Part shown: in pieces, positions 26,824-36,893 of the stretch
Layout: the number at the start of each line of letters is the position of its first letter
Position numbering within the stretch: the first letter of the stretch is position 1
Source of the DNA: Candidatus Nomurabacteria bacterium
GTDB lineage: Bacteria; Patescibacteriota; Minisyncoccia; Phycocordibacterales; UBA9973
DNA: 64,000 nt
Direction: 5' to 3'
Assembly: GCA_943348755.1 (NCBI GenBank)
Contig: CALQYS010000002.1
Coordinates: 18,227-82,226, forward strand
Notes under the pieces: generated by a model
Database searches by the model: none
What the model was told of the DNA's origin: nothing
What the model saw: the letters and a program-made list of their open reading frames with translations, nothing else
Program-made: the position numbers and the translations under genes

Positions 26824-29800
26824 ATGAAAAACAAATTTAAAAAAATATTAGTCCTCGGTTCGGGTGCGCTGAAGATCGGCGAAGCGGGAGAGTTTGACTA
26901 TTCAGGCAGTCAGGCGATTAAAGCTCTTAAAGAAGAAAAAATAAAAGTAATTTTAGTCAACCCGAATATTGCCACCTATCAAACTTCTAAAAATTTGGCC
27001 GATGAGGTCTATTTCTTGCCGGTTAATGATTTTTTTGTAGAAAAAGTCATTGCGAAAGAACGTCCAGATGCGATCATGTTGTCCTTTGGGGGGCAGACTG
27101 CCCTTAACTGCGGACTTGATCTAGAAAAGAAGGGTGTTTTCAAAAAATACCAAGTAAAAGTCCTCGGCACATCTACTTCATCTATCGAACTCACAGAAGA
27201 TAGGGAAAAGTTCGCAGAGCATCTGCGTAGTATCGATATTCCGGTTCCCCCTTCTGGAAGTGCTACTTCTTTTAAAGAGGCAAAAGTAGTTGCGGAAAGG
27301 ATAGGTTTTCCACTAATGGTCCGTGCCGCTTTTGCCCTCGGCGGGCAGAAATCTGGAGTAGCCGCTAACATGTCTGAGTTAGAAGAAATCGTAAAAGGGG
27401 CTCTCAGTATCTCCCCCCAAGTTTTGATAGAAAAATACTTGCATCATTTCAAAGAAATTGAATACGAAGTTGTTCGTGATAGTTTCGGAAATACAATTAC
27501 TGTCTGCAATATGGAAAATTTTGATCCGCTGGGGATTCATACTGGAGATTCTATTGTCGTGGCTCCTAGCCAGACCCTAAACAACGAAGAGTATCATGGT
27601 CTCCGCGAAGCGAGTATAAAAATTGTTAAAAGTTTGGAAATAGTCGGAGAGTGTAATGTGCAGTATGCCTTAAGTCCGTCCCCTTCTCCCGATGGGAGAG
27701 GGGGAGGAGGGGGTAAGGGTTTGGAATATTTTGTTATTGAAGTTAACGCGCGTCTTTCACGCTCCAGCGCCCTTGCCAGCAAGGCGACAGGCTACCCACT
27801 CGCTTATGTCGCAGCCAAACTAGCCCTCGGTAAGAGTTTACTTGAGATAGAAAATAAAATCACGAAAGTCACCCAGAGCTTTTTCGAACCGGCACTAGAC
27901 TATGTGGTGGTCAAGATGCCACGATGGGATTTGCAAAAATTTGTCGGCGCAGTTGAAAAGATAGGCAGCGCGATGAAGTCAGTGGGAGAGGTGATGGCGA
28001 TTGGTCGTAGCTTTGAAGAAGCTCTACAAAAAGCTATACGTATGAACTCTGGGGCCGTAGAAAGTGTTACCGATAATGGTTTCAAGAATGCAAAAGAATT
28101 AGAAGAATTTTTAAATGTTTCGACTCCAAAGCGTATATTTGCGATAGCCGCAAGCATAAAAAAAGGTATTAGCTTAGAGGAAATTCATAAGATTACTGGG
28201 ATTGATTTGTGGTTCTTGCATCGAATACAAAATATAGTCAATATTGAAAAAGATTTTTCCAAAGACGCCACCCTTACTGGAAAGAAATTCTTGCTTTTAA
28301 AGCAAAACGGTTTTTCCGATAAAAAAATTGGTAGTTTGTGCGGGAGAAATGAACTTCAGATCAGAAATTTACGTAAAAATATGAAAGTTATTCCCTCGAT
28401 CTTTGCGATCGATACGCTAGCGGGCGAAGTGCCGGCCAAAACCAATTATTTATATCTTACATATCACGGAAATCACAATGACGTATCTCCGCTTGGCAAA
28501 AAAGCGGTGGTGGTACTTGGTAGTGGACCATATCATATCGGTTCCTCAGTTGAATTTGACTGGTCTTGTGTGAATGCTTCTCTCGCCCTTAAAAAATATA
28601 ATAAAAAGTCCATTATTATAAATTCCAATCCAGAAACTGTGTCAACAGATTATGATATGTCTGACCGGTTGTATTTTGAGGACCTCTCTTTTGAGACTGT
28701 TGCCGATATATTCGAATTTGAAAATCCTTCAGGGATTATTATTTCTGTCGGCGGACAAAGGCCAAATAATTTGGCGCAGAGTTTATCAAATGCCGGTTTT
28801 CATATTTTAGGCACCAAAGCGGAAAATATTGATCGGGCCGAAGATAGGAATAAATTCTCCAAATTACTTGATAATCTCAATATTTTACAGCCAAAATGGA
28901 CTAGTTTTACAAATATGAAAGAAGCAGAGCAGTTTATCGCTAGTGAAGGCTTCCCGGTGCTAGTGCGCCCCTCTTATGTGCTTTCCGGTGCAGCCATGCG
29001 AGTGTGTTACGACAAAAAACAATTATTTGATTTTGTCACTAAAGCCGCAGTGTTGTCACCAGAGTATCCAGTTACTATTTCTAAATATATTGAAAATGCT
29101 AAAGAGCTCGAATTTGACGGAGTGGCTCAAAATGGGGAATTGATGATCTATGGTATTTCTGAACACGTGGAAAATGCCGGTGTACACTCAGGAGATGCTA
29201 CCATCGTCTATCCGACTCAGCGAGTTTATGCTCTGACTGAATTTCAATTGCGCGAAATTTCTAAAAAGATCGCTCATGCGCTGTCAGTGACGGGGCCTTT
29301 TAATATTCAGTTTTTAGTGAAAGACAATAAACCCTTTGTGATTGAAGTTAATTTGCGCGCGAGTCGTACATTTCCGCTTTTATCTAAAGCGATGGATGCC
29401 AATTTCCCTGAAATGGCCGTCGATGCTTTCTTTGGCAAAGCGAAAAATCATAATTTCATTTATCCCAAGAGCGTGGTGGTAAAGTCTCCACAATTTTCTT
29501 TTGCTCGATTGCTCGGCGCAGACCCAATACTGCGAGTGGAGATGTCTTCGACCGGAGAAGCCGCTTGTTTTGGTAAAGACTACGATGAAGCGCTCCTGAA
29601 ATCGATCTTAACTACCAATAAATTAGATTTTAAAAATAAAAACGTACTCATTTCCCTAGGAGGGGAGATTAACAAAGCTAAATTTTTAGAAACAGCCAAA
29701 ATGTTAGTTTCTTCCGGCTATGAAATTTTTGCTACCGATACAACTGCGCAATTTCTAGAGAAGCAAAACGTGAAATGTACCATTGTGCGCAAGGCTTACC

Positions 29801-30066
29801 AGAAGTCACCCAACGTCATTGATCTAATTGAGAGTAAAAAAGTTTCTTTTGTGGTAAATTTAAGTAAGTCTGAAGAAGAGGAAATGGTAGATACAATTAA
29901 AATCAGACGTATGGTGGCTGATGGTTTTCGGGTGCGCCGAGCCGCAGTTGATTGTCAAATACCGCTATTTACTGATTTACATCTGGCGCGTGCTTTCATC
30001 AAAGCTCTTGTCAGGTATCCGATCGACAATTTGGAAATTAAATCTTATAAAGAATATTTACATTAA
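26824..30066 (+). CDS. carB: Carbamoyl-phosphate synthase large subunit
   Basis: EFDYSG.QA, GIHTGDS, EVNARLSRSS, duplicated ATP-grasp domains, C-terminal MGS domain. Confidence 0.97.
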   Translation: MKNKFKKILVLGSGALKIGEAGEFDYSGSQAIKALKEEKIKVILVNPNIATYQTSKNLADEVYFLPVNDFFVEKVIAKERPDAIMLSFGGQTALNCGLDLEKKGVFKKYQVKVLGTSTSSIELTEDREKFAEHLRSIDIPVPPSGSATSFKEAKVVAERIGFPLMVRAAFALGGQKSGVAANMSELEEIVKGALSISPQVLIEKYLHHFKEIEYEVVRDSFGNTITVCNMENFDPLGIHTGDSIVVAPSQTLNNEEYHGLREASIKIVKSLEIVGECNVQYALSPSPSPDGRGGGGGKGLEYFVIEVNARLSRSSALASKATGYPLAYVAAKLALGKSLLEIENKITKVTQSFFEPALDYVVVKMPRWDLQKFVGAVEKIGSAMKSVGEVMAIGRSFEEALQKAIRMNSGAVESVTDNGFKNAKELEEFLNVSTPKRIFAIAASIKKGISLEEIHKITGIDLWFLHRIQNIVNIEKDFSKDATLTGKKFLLLKQNGFSDKKIGSLCGRNELQIRNLRKNMKVIPSIFAIDTLAGEVPAKTNYLYLTYHGNHNDVSPLGKKAVVVLGSGPYHIGSSVEFDWSCVNASLALKKYNKKSIIINSNPETVSTDYDMSDRLYFEDLSFETVADIFEFENPSGIIISVGGQRPNNLAQSLSNAGFHILGTKAENIDRAEDRNKFSKLLDNLNILQPKWTSFTNMKEAEQFIASEGFPVLVRPSYVLSGAAMRVCYDKKQLFDFVTKAAVLSPEYPVTISKYIENAKELEFDGVAQNGELMIYGISEHVENAGVHSGDATIVYPTQRVYALTEFQLREISKKIAHALSVTGPFNIQFLVKDNKPFVIEVNLRASRTFPLLSKAMDANFPEMAVDAFFGKAKNHNFIYPKSVVVKSPQFSFARLLGADPILRVEMSSTGEAACFGKDYDEALLKSILTTNKLDFKNKNVLISLGGEINKAKFLETAKMLVSSGYEIFATDTTAQFLEKQNVKCTIVRKAYQKSPNVIDLIESKKVSFVVNLSKSEEEEMVDTIKIRRMVADGFRVRRAAVDCQIPLFTDLHLARAFIKALVRYPIDNLEIKSYKEYLH
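27668..27719. repeat. GC-rich palindromic element inserted in frame in carB (SPSPSPDGRGGGGGKG)
   Basis: TCCCCTTCTCCC-GAT-GGGAGAGGGGGA hairpin flanked by CCTTA/TAAGG. Confidence 0.7.
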
Positions 30067-30070
30067 TATT

Positions 30071-30988
30071 ATGAAAAATATTATTTCGACAGAACAATTT
30101 AAAAAAGCTGAAGTTGAAAAGATATTAGCCCGAGCTTCTATAATGGAGGCTTCGTGTAAAAGTGATAAAATTGAACAAATTTTAAAAGATAAAATCGTGG
30201 CTTGTATTTTTTTTGAACCATCAACTCGAACTAGGTTGTCTTTTGAAACTGCGGCACTTAAATTAGGAGCCAAAGTTATTTCTGTAGAGAATGCCGAAAC
30301 TACTTCTTCTGCTTATAAGGGAGAAAGCATCGAAGATACTACTAGAATGCTGTGTTGTTACGCGGATATCATCGTAATGCGTCATCCGAAAGAGGGGACA
30401 TCAGATGCAGCTACCAGGGTCGCAAGCAAACCCGTTATCAATGCCGGCGATGGCGCCAATAAACATCCAACTCAAGCCTTTCTTGATTTATACACGATCC
30501 AAAAAGAGCATGGGCGCTTAGATAATCTCTCCATTGCTTTCGTGGGAGATATATTAAACAGCCGAACGCTTCGCTCTTTAGTACCTCTCTTGATGCTTTA
30601 TCCTAATAATAAATTTTATTTTATTTCTCCTAAAGAATTGGTTTTATCAGCTGACTATAGGAAATATTTGACCAAAAATAATGTAAATTTTGTAGAGACA
30701 ACTAATTTAGATGAAGTGTTATCTAAAGTTGATGTGCTTTACATGACGCGTGTGCAAAAAGAACGCTTTTCCAATGTTGCAGATTATGACAGAGTCAAAG
30801 ATTCTTTCCTGTTAAAGATGGAAGATGTAAGAAAATTAAAAAAAGACGCTATAATAATGCATCCTCTTCCTAGAGTTAATGAAATTGAGGTTGAAATAGA
30901 TAAAGACCCGCGTGCTGCCTATTTCCGTCAGGCCCAAAACGGTCTATACATGCGCATGGCGCTACTGCTATTCGTATTGGACCTTTAA
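30071..30988 (+). CDS. pyrB: Aspartate carbamoyltransferase
   Basis: FFEPSTRT, NAGDG...HPTQ, RVQKER, HPLPR; start at ATG 30071. Confidence 0.96.
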   Translation: MKNIISTEQFKKAEVEKILARASIMEASCKSDKIEQILKDKIVACIFFEPSTRTRLSFETAALKLGAKVISVENAETTSSAYKGESIEDTTRMLCCYADIIVMRHPKEGTSDAATRVASKPVINAGDGANKHPTQAFLDLYTIQKEHGRLDNLSIAFVGDILNSRTLRSLVPLLMLYPNNKFYFISPKELVLSADYRKYLTKNNVNFVETTNLDEVLSKVDVLYMTRVQKERFSNVADYDRVKDSFLLKMEDVRKLKKDAIIMHPLPRVNEIEVEIDKDPRAAYFRQAQNGLYMRMALLLFVLDL

Positions 30989-30989
30989 T

Positions 30990-32054
30990 TTATTGACTCT
31001 CTAAAAATCTAAAGATTTGTTCATTTACCAGCACATTTTCGGCATGCATTCGAGCTCTCTCAGGGTCAGCATCTTTATAGTGTTCCATTATAGCTGCCAC
31101 TTCTTTTACTATTTGCTCTTCGTCAGCAACTATTTTTTCCACTTTCGCTATTTCGTTCAAGATGAGGGCTAGTTTCGCTTTCTTTTCAGCGTCATTTCTG
31201 AATTCCGTGCGTAAAACTTCCTTTGTTTTATTTAGATGCTTCAGATAGTCCTCAAACTTTAGCCCCATTTGAGTAATATCAGACTCCATGCGGTATAGGA
31301 TTTTATCAAGTTCTACTTGCACAAGTATTTCAGGCAGATCCATCTCAGACTCCTCGATGATTTTCTCAATAATCTTTAATCTAGTCTTTTCTTTCTGTAG
31401 ATTTTGTTTTTCGAGCTTAATGTTTTCTTTAAGTTTAGTTTTAAAATCTTCTATTCCGGAGAAGGGCCCGAGACCTTTCACAAATTCATCGTTCCACTCT
31501 GGTAATTCCTCAATAACTTCCTCATGTTTGTGTTCCTCACCTTCTTTATGTACATGCTCGGCCACATGTTTTTTAGGTGCACGAGATTTCCTAATATCCA
31601 TGATGGTGTCTTCCATCTCTTTTTCAGTTACCATTATATTCTTTTCAGCTTCAGTGATACTGGAGATTATTTTTTTTGCAGCTTTTTTATAGTCAGCGAG
31701 CTTTATACTTGGTAATATTGCAGTTTTTATTTTGAATCCCAGAGGATTTTTGCGAGCCAATTTAGTAATCGAAATTTCCGGACGGCTGATCGCATCAATT
31801 TTCTCAGCTTCGAGAATTTTAGGGTAGTGTTCCGCAAGTGCGAGCTCTGCCATTTCTTCTAGAATACTAATTTCTGGGACGTTTGAGGTCAAAACATTTT
31901 CTGGTATCTTTCCTTTCCTAAATCCATCTAATTTTAAGTTTTCACCCAGATTTTTTAACGCAGTCTTGAAGTAATTTTCAAAGACACCTGCTTCTAATTC
32001 TCCCTCTATCTCTACCATGCTATTTGGTAATTTTGTAACTTTTGTTTTTAACAT
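30990..32054 (-). CDS. tig: Trigger factor lacking the central PPIase domain
   Basis: DGFRKGK ribosome-binding signature and C-terminal domain present; only about 20 aa lie between RKSRA and ELPEWNDEF. Confidence 0.9.
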   Translation of the reverse strand: MLKTKVTKLPNSMVEIEGELEAGVFENYFKTALKNLGENLKLDGFRKGKIPENVLTSNVPEISILEEMAELALAEHYPKILEAEKIDAISRPEISITKLARKNPLGFKIKTAILPSIKLADYKKAAKKIISSITEAEKNIMVTEKEMEDTIMDIRKSRAPKKHVAEHVHKEGEEHKHEEVIEELPEWNDEFVKGLGPFSGIEDFKTKLKENIKLEKQNLQKEKTRLKIIEKIIEESEMDLPEILVQVELDKILYRMESDITQMGLKFEDYLKHLNKTKEVLRTEFRNDAEKKAKLALILNEIAKVEKIVADEEQIVKEVAAIMEHYKDADPERARMHAENVLVNEQIFRFLESQ

Positions 32055-32162
32055 TCTAATGCCATATTTATTTATAATCAACAACAATAAATCTATACTA
32101 TTTAGTATAATTTGTCTATTTTTTAACAAAATTTAAAAGACTATATGTAAAGTTGGTCGATC

Positions 32163-32393
32163 TTATTGAATAGAATTTGGGTCAACACCAGTACTAGTAT
32201 CCGTAGCTTTAGCATCCATTTCGAGCGTACTTAAATCCGCAGAATCCTTTTCTGTTATATTTCCAGATTCATTTTGAATCTTTTTTAAGGCGTCTTTGTT
32301 GGATAACCAGATATATATTCCACCAACAATAAGAATAATTATAATTATTGTTATCCCAATAAACGCTCCGTCTGATTTTTTTTCTGGTTCCAT
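32163..32393 (-). CDS. Small single-pass membrane protein
   Basis: 76 aa, Ile-rich TM, acidic tail. Confidence 0.7.
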   Translation of the reverse strand: MEPEKKSDGAFIGITIIIIILIVGGIYIWLSNKDALKKIQNESGNITEKDSADLSTLEMDAKATDTSTGVDPNSIQ

Positions 32394-32418
32394 ACTTTTC
32401 TATATTATAGCTAATAAT

Positions 32419-33171
32419 TTATTGTTTGTTTTCTGTTGTAGTTGAACTTTTGTCTGCTTCCGTTTTATTTTCAGCATTTAGTTTGGCATTTCTTTCAGTC
32501 TCCATCTTGGCCTTCATCGCATCTCTCAGTGATTTTACTGCATCATTAAGCGCTGTGTGGGCGTCTTTAAGCGAAGTTTCTATATCTTTTGCTAATGCTT
32601 TCAAAGTTGCTTTACTGTCTGTCGTGAGTGTGTCAATTGAAACTGACAGCAGAGCGTTAGCCTCAGTGATTTTTTTTCCAACAGTTGTTAATTTTTCTTC
32701 CACTGTTGTCACATAATTTTTTGCGTCTGTTGTAGCCACCCCCTTTACTTCTAGCTTTGCTATTTGAGAATTAATTTTATCTTTCAACATATTTACTCGA
32801 GTAACTGCTGCATCAAATTTTTTCAGTACGTTTTCTCGTTCAGTGATTCTCATCTCTTTTATCTTTGCTTTCACCGTGTCCTTCTCAAGCTTTAGGCTGT
32901 CTCTCATGGCGTCCATCTTTGTTTTTGCCTCTGCGCGCATTGTCTCATTTTCTTTTTGTATTTCTTCTCTTCTTTCACGCATCTGCGCCTCCATTTTTGG
33001 ACGTTTTTGTTCTGGAGCAAGAAGACCATCTGATTGCATCATCCTACCTTCTTCCATTTGCTCTGAAGCGTCATGATACATTCTGTCCCTACCATCTTCG
33101 GCATTTATTACTCGATTGCCGATAAAAAATGTCATCGCAAAAATAAAGAGGAAAATCAATTGTTTTTTCAT
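32419..33171 (-). CDS. Secreted coiled-coil hypothetical protein
   Basis: Signal peptide followed by K/E/A-rich helical sequence. Confidence 0.8.
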   Translation of the reverse strand: MKKQLIFLFIFAMTFFIGNRVINAEDGRDRMYHDASEQMEEGRMMQSDGLLAPEQKRPKMEAQMRERREEIQKENETMRAEAKTKMDAMRDSLKLEKDTVKAKIKEMRITERENVLKKFDAAVTRVNMLKDKINSQIAKLEVKGVATTDAKNYVTTVEEKLTTVGKKITEANALLSVSIDTLTTDSKATLKALAKDIETSLKDAHTALNDAVKSLRDAMKAKMETERNAKLNAENKTEADKSSTTTENKQ

Positions 33172-33214
33172 ATGTATTTTTTTAAATTAGATTAATAACA
33201 GCCCTACACTACCA

Positions 33215-35236
33215 TTATACCAAAAAAACAACTAAAAGTAACGCAACAATGTTTAGTATTTTTATCATTGGATTGATAGCCGGGCCCGCTGTGTCTTTAT
33301 ATGGATCACCAACAGTGTCCCCAGTAACTGCCGCTTTATGAGCATCACTTCCTTTACCGCCGTGGTTTCCTTGTTCAATATGCTTTTTAGCATTGTCCCA
33401 AGCTCCTCCTCCAGAGGTCATGGAAATAGCCACGAAAAGACCAGTAATAATAGAACCCACGAGAAGTCCTCCGAGCACCACTAAACCTCTATCTTTCCCG
33501 AATAACAAAATTACCAAAATAGGTGCAAGTACTGGTATCAAAGCTGGCGCTACCATCTGTTTTATAGCCGCTCCAGTTATGATTGATACAGCTCTGGCAT
33601 AATCAGGTCTTGCTTTTCCTTCCATTATTCCTTTTATTTCTCTAAATTGTCTTCTAATTTCTTCGACTACCTTACCTGCAGTTTTTCCTACCGCTTCCAT
33701 GCAAAGTGCACCAAAATAATATGGCAAAAGCCCTCCAATAAAAAGTCCGACGATAACGTACGGATTGCTCAAGTCAAAAGAAATATGTTTTCCAGCCTTC
33801 ACGATCTCTTCTGTATATGATGCGAACAACACAAGAGATGCTAAACCTGCCGAGCCAATAGCATAACCTTTTGTAACAGCTTTCGTAGTGTTTCCCACAG
33901 CATCTAGTGGGTCAGTAACATCTCGAACTTCTTTTGGAAGCTCTGCCATTTCGGCGATGCCACCAGCATTGTCTGTAATAGGTCCATATGCATCTATCGC
34001 CACAATTATTCCTGTCATCGAGAGCATAGACATCGCGGCAATGGCAATCCCATAAAGTCCACCATAGTGATAACTAACTAAAATCCCAACAACAATCGTG
34101 ATCAAAGGCCAGGCGGTAGATTTCATCGATATGGCTAAGCCCTGAATGACATTTGTCCCGTGACCAGAGACAGATGCTTGCGCGATTGATTTTACTGGAG
34201 AATATTTTGTAGAAGTAAAATATTCTGTAATAACGACAAGAGCTCCAGTAACGAAAAGTCCCACCAAAGAACAGATAAATAAAGCCATTACAGTATATTT
34301 ACCATTGCCTTGCATGAGTAATTTAGTTACAGGATAAAAAGTGACAGCTGCAATGACACCGGAAGCAATTAATCCTTTATACAAAGCACCCATTATGTTT
34401 TGTGACTGATTTTCTTTACTGAGTTTCACAAACCAAGTACCAATGATCGATGCGAATATGGCTATACCACCCAAGACAAGGGGATAGATAACTGCATTCT
34501 TAAATCCCAAGAAAAGAAGTGAACCGAGTAGCATCGTAGCGACAGAAGTGACGGCGTAAGTTTCAAAAAGATCGGCCGCCATACCAGCGCAGTCTCCGAC
34601 GTTATCGCCCACGTTGTCCGCAATGACTCCAGGATTCCTAGGATCATCTTCTGGAATACCTGCTTCAAGTTTGCCGACTAAGTCTGCGCCGACGTCAGCT
34701 GCTTTAGTAAATATCCCTCCACCCAATCTTGCGAATACTGAAATGAGGGAAGCACCAAAGCCCAGTCCAACTAGGGCTGTTACGTCTTGTGTAATTGCAT
34801 AAAAACCAGTAACGCCAAGTAACGCAAGTCCAACTACGAGTAGTCCAGTAACTGCTCCACCGTTAAATGCTAGTGAAAGGGCTTTTTCGATTCCGCTTCT
34901 GGCTGCCTCTGTCGTCCTGACATTTGCCCTGATGGATACGTTCATGCCTATGTATCCTGCTAGGGCTGAAAAAATAGCTCCAACTAAAAAGCCCAAAGCC
35001 ATGACCCATCCTAGTTTTGGTACAAAACCAATAATCAAGAATAATATCAGAGCGATGATACCAATTGTTTTGTATTGTTTATTTAAATAAGCTTGGGCGC
35101 CTTCTTGGATCGCTTTTGCAATTTCTTGCATGCGACTATTTCCAGGACTCTTTTTTAGTATTGATTTAGCTAAAAGCAAACCATAAACAATGGCTATCAC
35201 TGAACTGACAATGGCAAACAGTAAATATTGATTCAT
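33215..35236 (-). CDS. hppA: Membrane-bound H+-translocating pyrophosphatase, probably K+-independent
   Basis: [31 protein letters not shown] (Lys variant), [10 protein letters not shown]. Confidence 0.95.
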   Translation of the reverse strand: MNQYLLFAIVSSVIAIVYGLLLAKSILKKSPGNSRMQEIAKAIQEGAQAYLNKQYKTIGIIALILFLIIGFVPKLGWVMALGFLVGAIFSALAGYIGMNVSIRANVRTTEAARSGIEKALSLAFNGGAVTGLLVVGLALLGVTGFYAITQDVTALVGLGFGASLISVFARLGGGIFTKAADVGADLVGKLEAGIPEDDPRNPGVIADNVGDNVGDCAGMAADLFETYAVTSVATMLLGSLLFLGFKNAVIYPLVLGGIAIFASIIGTWFVKLSKENQSQNIMGALYKGLIASGVIAAVTFYPVTKLLMQGNGKYTVMALFICSLVGLFVTGALVVITEYFTSTKYSPVKSIAQASVSGHGTNVIQGLAISMKSTAWPLITIVVGILVSYHYGGLYGIAIAAMSMLSMTGIIVAIDAYGPITDNAGGIAEMAELPKEVRDVTDPLDAVGNTTKAVTKGYAIGSAGLASLVLFASYTEEIVKAGKHISFDLSNPYVIVGLFIGGLLPYYFGALCMEAVGKTAGKVVEEIRRQFREIKGIMEGKARPDYARAVSIITGAAIKQMVAPALIPVLAPILVILLFGKDRGLVVLGGLLVGSIITGLFVAISMTSGGGAWDNAKKHIEQGNHGGKGSDAHKAAVTGDTVGDPYKDTAGPAINPMIKILNIVALLLVVFLV

Positions 35237-35259
35237 ATTTTTCTTTTATTATTAATAAT

Positions 35260-36414
35260 CTACTTTTTTTCCTCAACTTCAATTTTATCATTTTCAACTA
35301 TTTTTCCATCACCCTTGATATCTATCCTCCAGCCAGTAAGTTTAGCGGCGAGACGTACATTTTGTCCACCTTTACCAATAGCGAGTGACAACTGATCATC
35401 AGCTACTTCCAGTGTTGCCTTGTGTTCTTTTTCGTCGATTTCGATAGAGATCACTTTGGCAGGAGATATAGAGTTAGAAACAAAAACTTTGGCATCGCTA
35501 GACCAGGGTATAATATCAATCTTTTCGCCGCCCAATTCTTGGGTTATGGTGTTCACCCTGGTGCCTTTTTGTCCGACACATGAGCCGACAGCGTCGATAT
35601 GCTCGTCATTTGAGTGCACAGCTATTTTAGAACGAGCGCCTGCTTCTCGCGCGATAGATTTTATTTCCACAATTCCATTTTGTATCTCCGGTGCTTCGAT
35701 AGAAAAAAGTTTCTCAATAAATTTAGGATGTGTACGAGAAAGGCGTAGGTTGATACCTCGTGGAGTGTCTTCCACAGAATATAAATAAGCTCGCACGCGT
35801 TGCCCTCTCTGGAAAAATTCTCCAGGAATTTGCTCTTCTGCCGGCAATATGCCCGTCGCTCGATTAAAGTCAACGTAGATATTGCCTCTTTCTACTTTTT
35901 GTACTATGCCCCCGATTATTTCTCCTTCTTTGGTGCCATATTCATCTACAATAGATGTGCGTTCAGCCTCACGGATCTTTTGAATTATAACTTGCTTAGC
36001 AGTTTGAGCGGCGATACGTCCATAATCATCTTTCATTTCGAGTGGGAAGACAACCTCATCATTTAATTCCACCCCCTTTTTTATTTTTTTTGCATCTTCT
36101 AAAAGTATGTGATGTTCGGCATTAAAATGCACTCTTTCATCAGTTTCATCTTTAATCGAATATTCTCCATCGTTCTTTTTCTCACTATCCATTATGGCGA
36201 TGGTCTCATCTACCACGATTTTTATTTGGAAAAATTCTGTTTTTCCGGTTTCTAGATCAAACTTAGCTCTTATGATCTGACCCTTTTTGCCGTAATCCTT
36301 TTTGTAAGCAGCAGCCATGGCCTGCTCGATTGCGTCCAGTATTTTTTCTTTTGGAATCTTTCTTTCTTCTTCTAGTTGCTCTAGGGCTGATTTAAATGTT
36401 TTCAAGTCTAACAT
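35260..36414 (-). CDS. nusA: Transcription elongation factor NusA
   Basis: GRIAAQTAKQ, S1 domain, AREAG.RSKIAV, LSLAIGK.GQNVRLA. Confidence 0.97.
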   Translation of the reverse strand: MLDLKTFKSALEQLEEERKIPKEKILDAIEQAMAAAYKKDYGKKGQIIRAKFDLETGKTEFFQIKIVVDETIAIMDSEKKNDGEYSIKDETDERVHFNAEHHILLEDAKKIKKGVELNDEVVFPLEMKDDYGRIAAQTAKQVIIQKIREAERTSIVDEYGTKEGEIIGGIVQKVERGNIYVDFNRATGILPAEEQIPGEFFQRGQRVRAYLYSVEDTPRGINLRLSRTHPKFIEKLFSIEAPEIQNGIVEIKSIAREAGARSKIAVHSNDEHIDAVGSCVGQKGTRVNTITQELGGEKIDIIPWSSDAKVFVSNSISPAKVISIEIDEKEHKATLEVADDQLSLAIGKGGQNVRLAAKLTGWRIDIKGDGKIVENDKIEVEEKK

Positions 36415-36534
36415 AAATTTTTTTATTAAATTTTATTAAAAAAAGCCCTGTTTCGACAGGACTTACACCCCCTTAGAGTATCATAAATACTATTTTAATG
36501 CAAATGAAATTAAGCAGTCTCTAATGTGCAGCGG

Positions 36535-36543
36535 TTATCCACA
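36535..36543 (+). promoter_or_regulatory. Perfect DnaA box in the nusA/pilus-locus divergent gap
   Basis: TTATCCACA, same GTTATCCACAGT context as 18289-18300. Confidence 0.5.
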
Positions 36544-36587
36544 GTTAAATCAACCTTGCTTACTATAATAGTGTTATTATTAGACTA

Positions 36588-36893
36588 ATGTCGACTCAAA
36601 TCCCCGGCGCTTTTGAAAGAACATTCTCGGTTCATCCGCGTAGAAAACTGCGCGTCTTTTTTCTTATTGTTTTCGTCTTCTTTCTACTTCTTTTATTACT
36701 TTTTTTCTTCCAGACTACTTCCAATTTATCTAAACAAGCAGCAGGGCCTCTACAAGAGCAAAAAGTTAAGGCACTCTCGGATTTGAAGGAGAGATTATCT
36801 ACATCACCTCCGATCTCGCAGGTGGAACGAAATAAAGCATTAGCAGAGTTACAAACAAGATTAAAAACACAACGTAAGAAACAAAAAATATGA
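36588..36893 (+). CDS. Small membrane-anchored hypothetical protein
   Basis: 101 aa, one TM; ATGA overlap with the next gene. Confidence 0.7.
   Translation: MSTQIPGAFERTFSVHPRRKLRVFFLIVFVFFLLLLLLFFFQTTSNLSKQAAGPLQEQKVKALSDLKERLSTSPPISQVERNKALAELQTRLKTQRKKQKI

Noticed and set aside
29921-30070. carB-pyrB frameshift fusion suggested by the overlapping ORF
   Set aside because: carB ends normally at 30066, pyrB has its own ATG at 30071, and the upstream extension is not ATCase-like.
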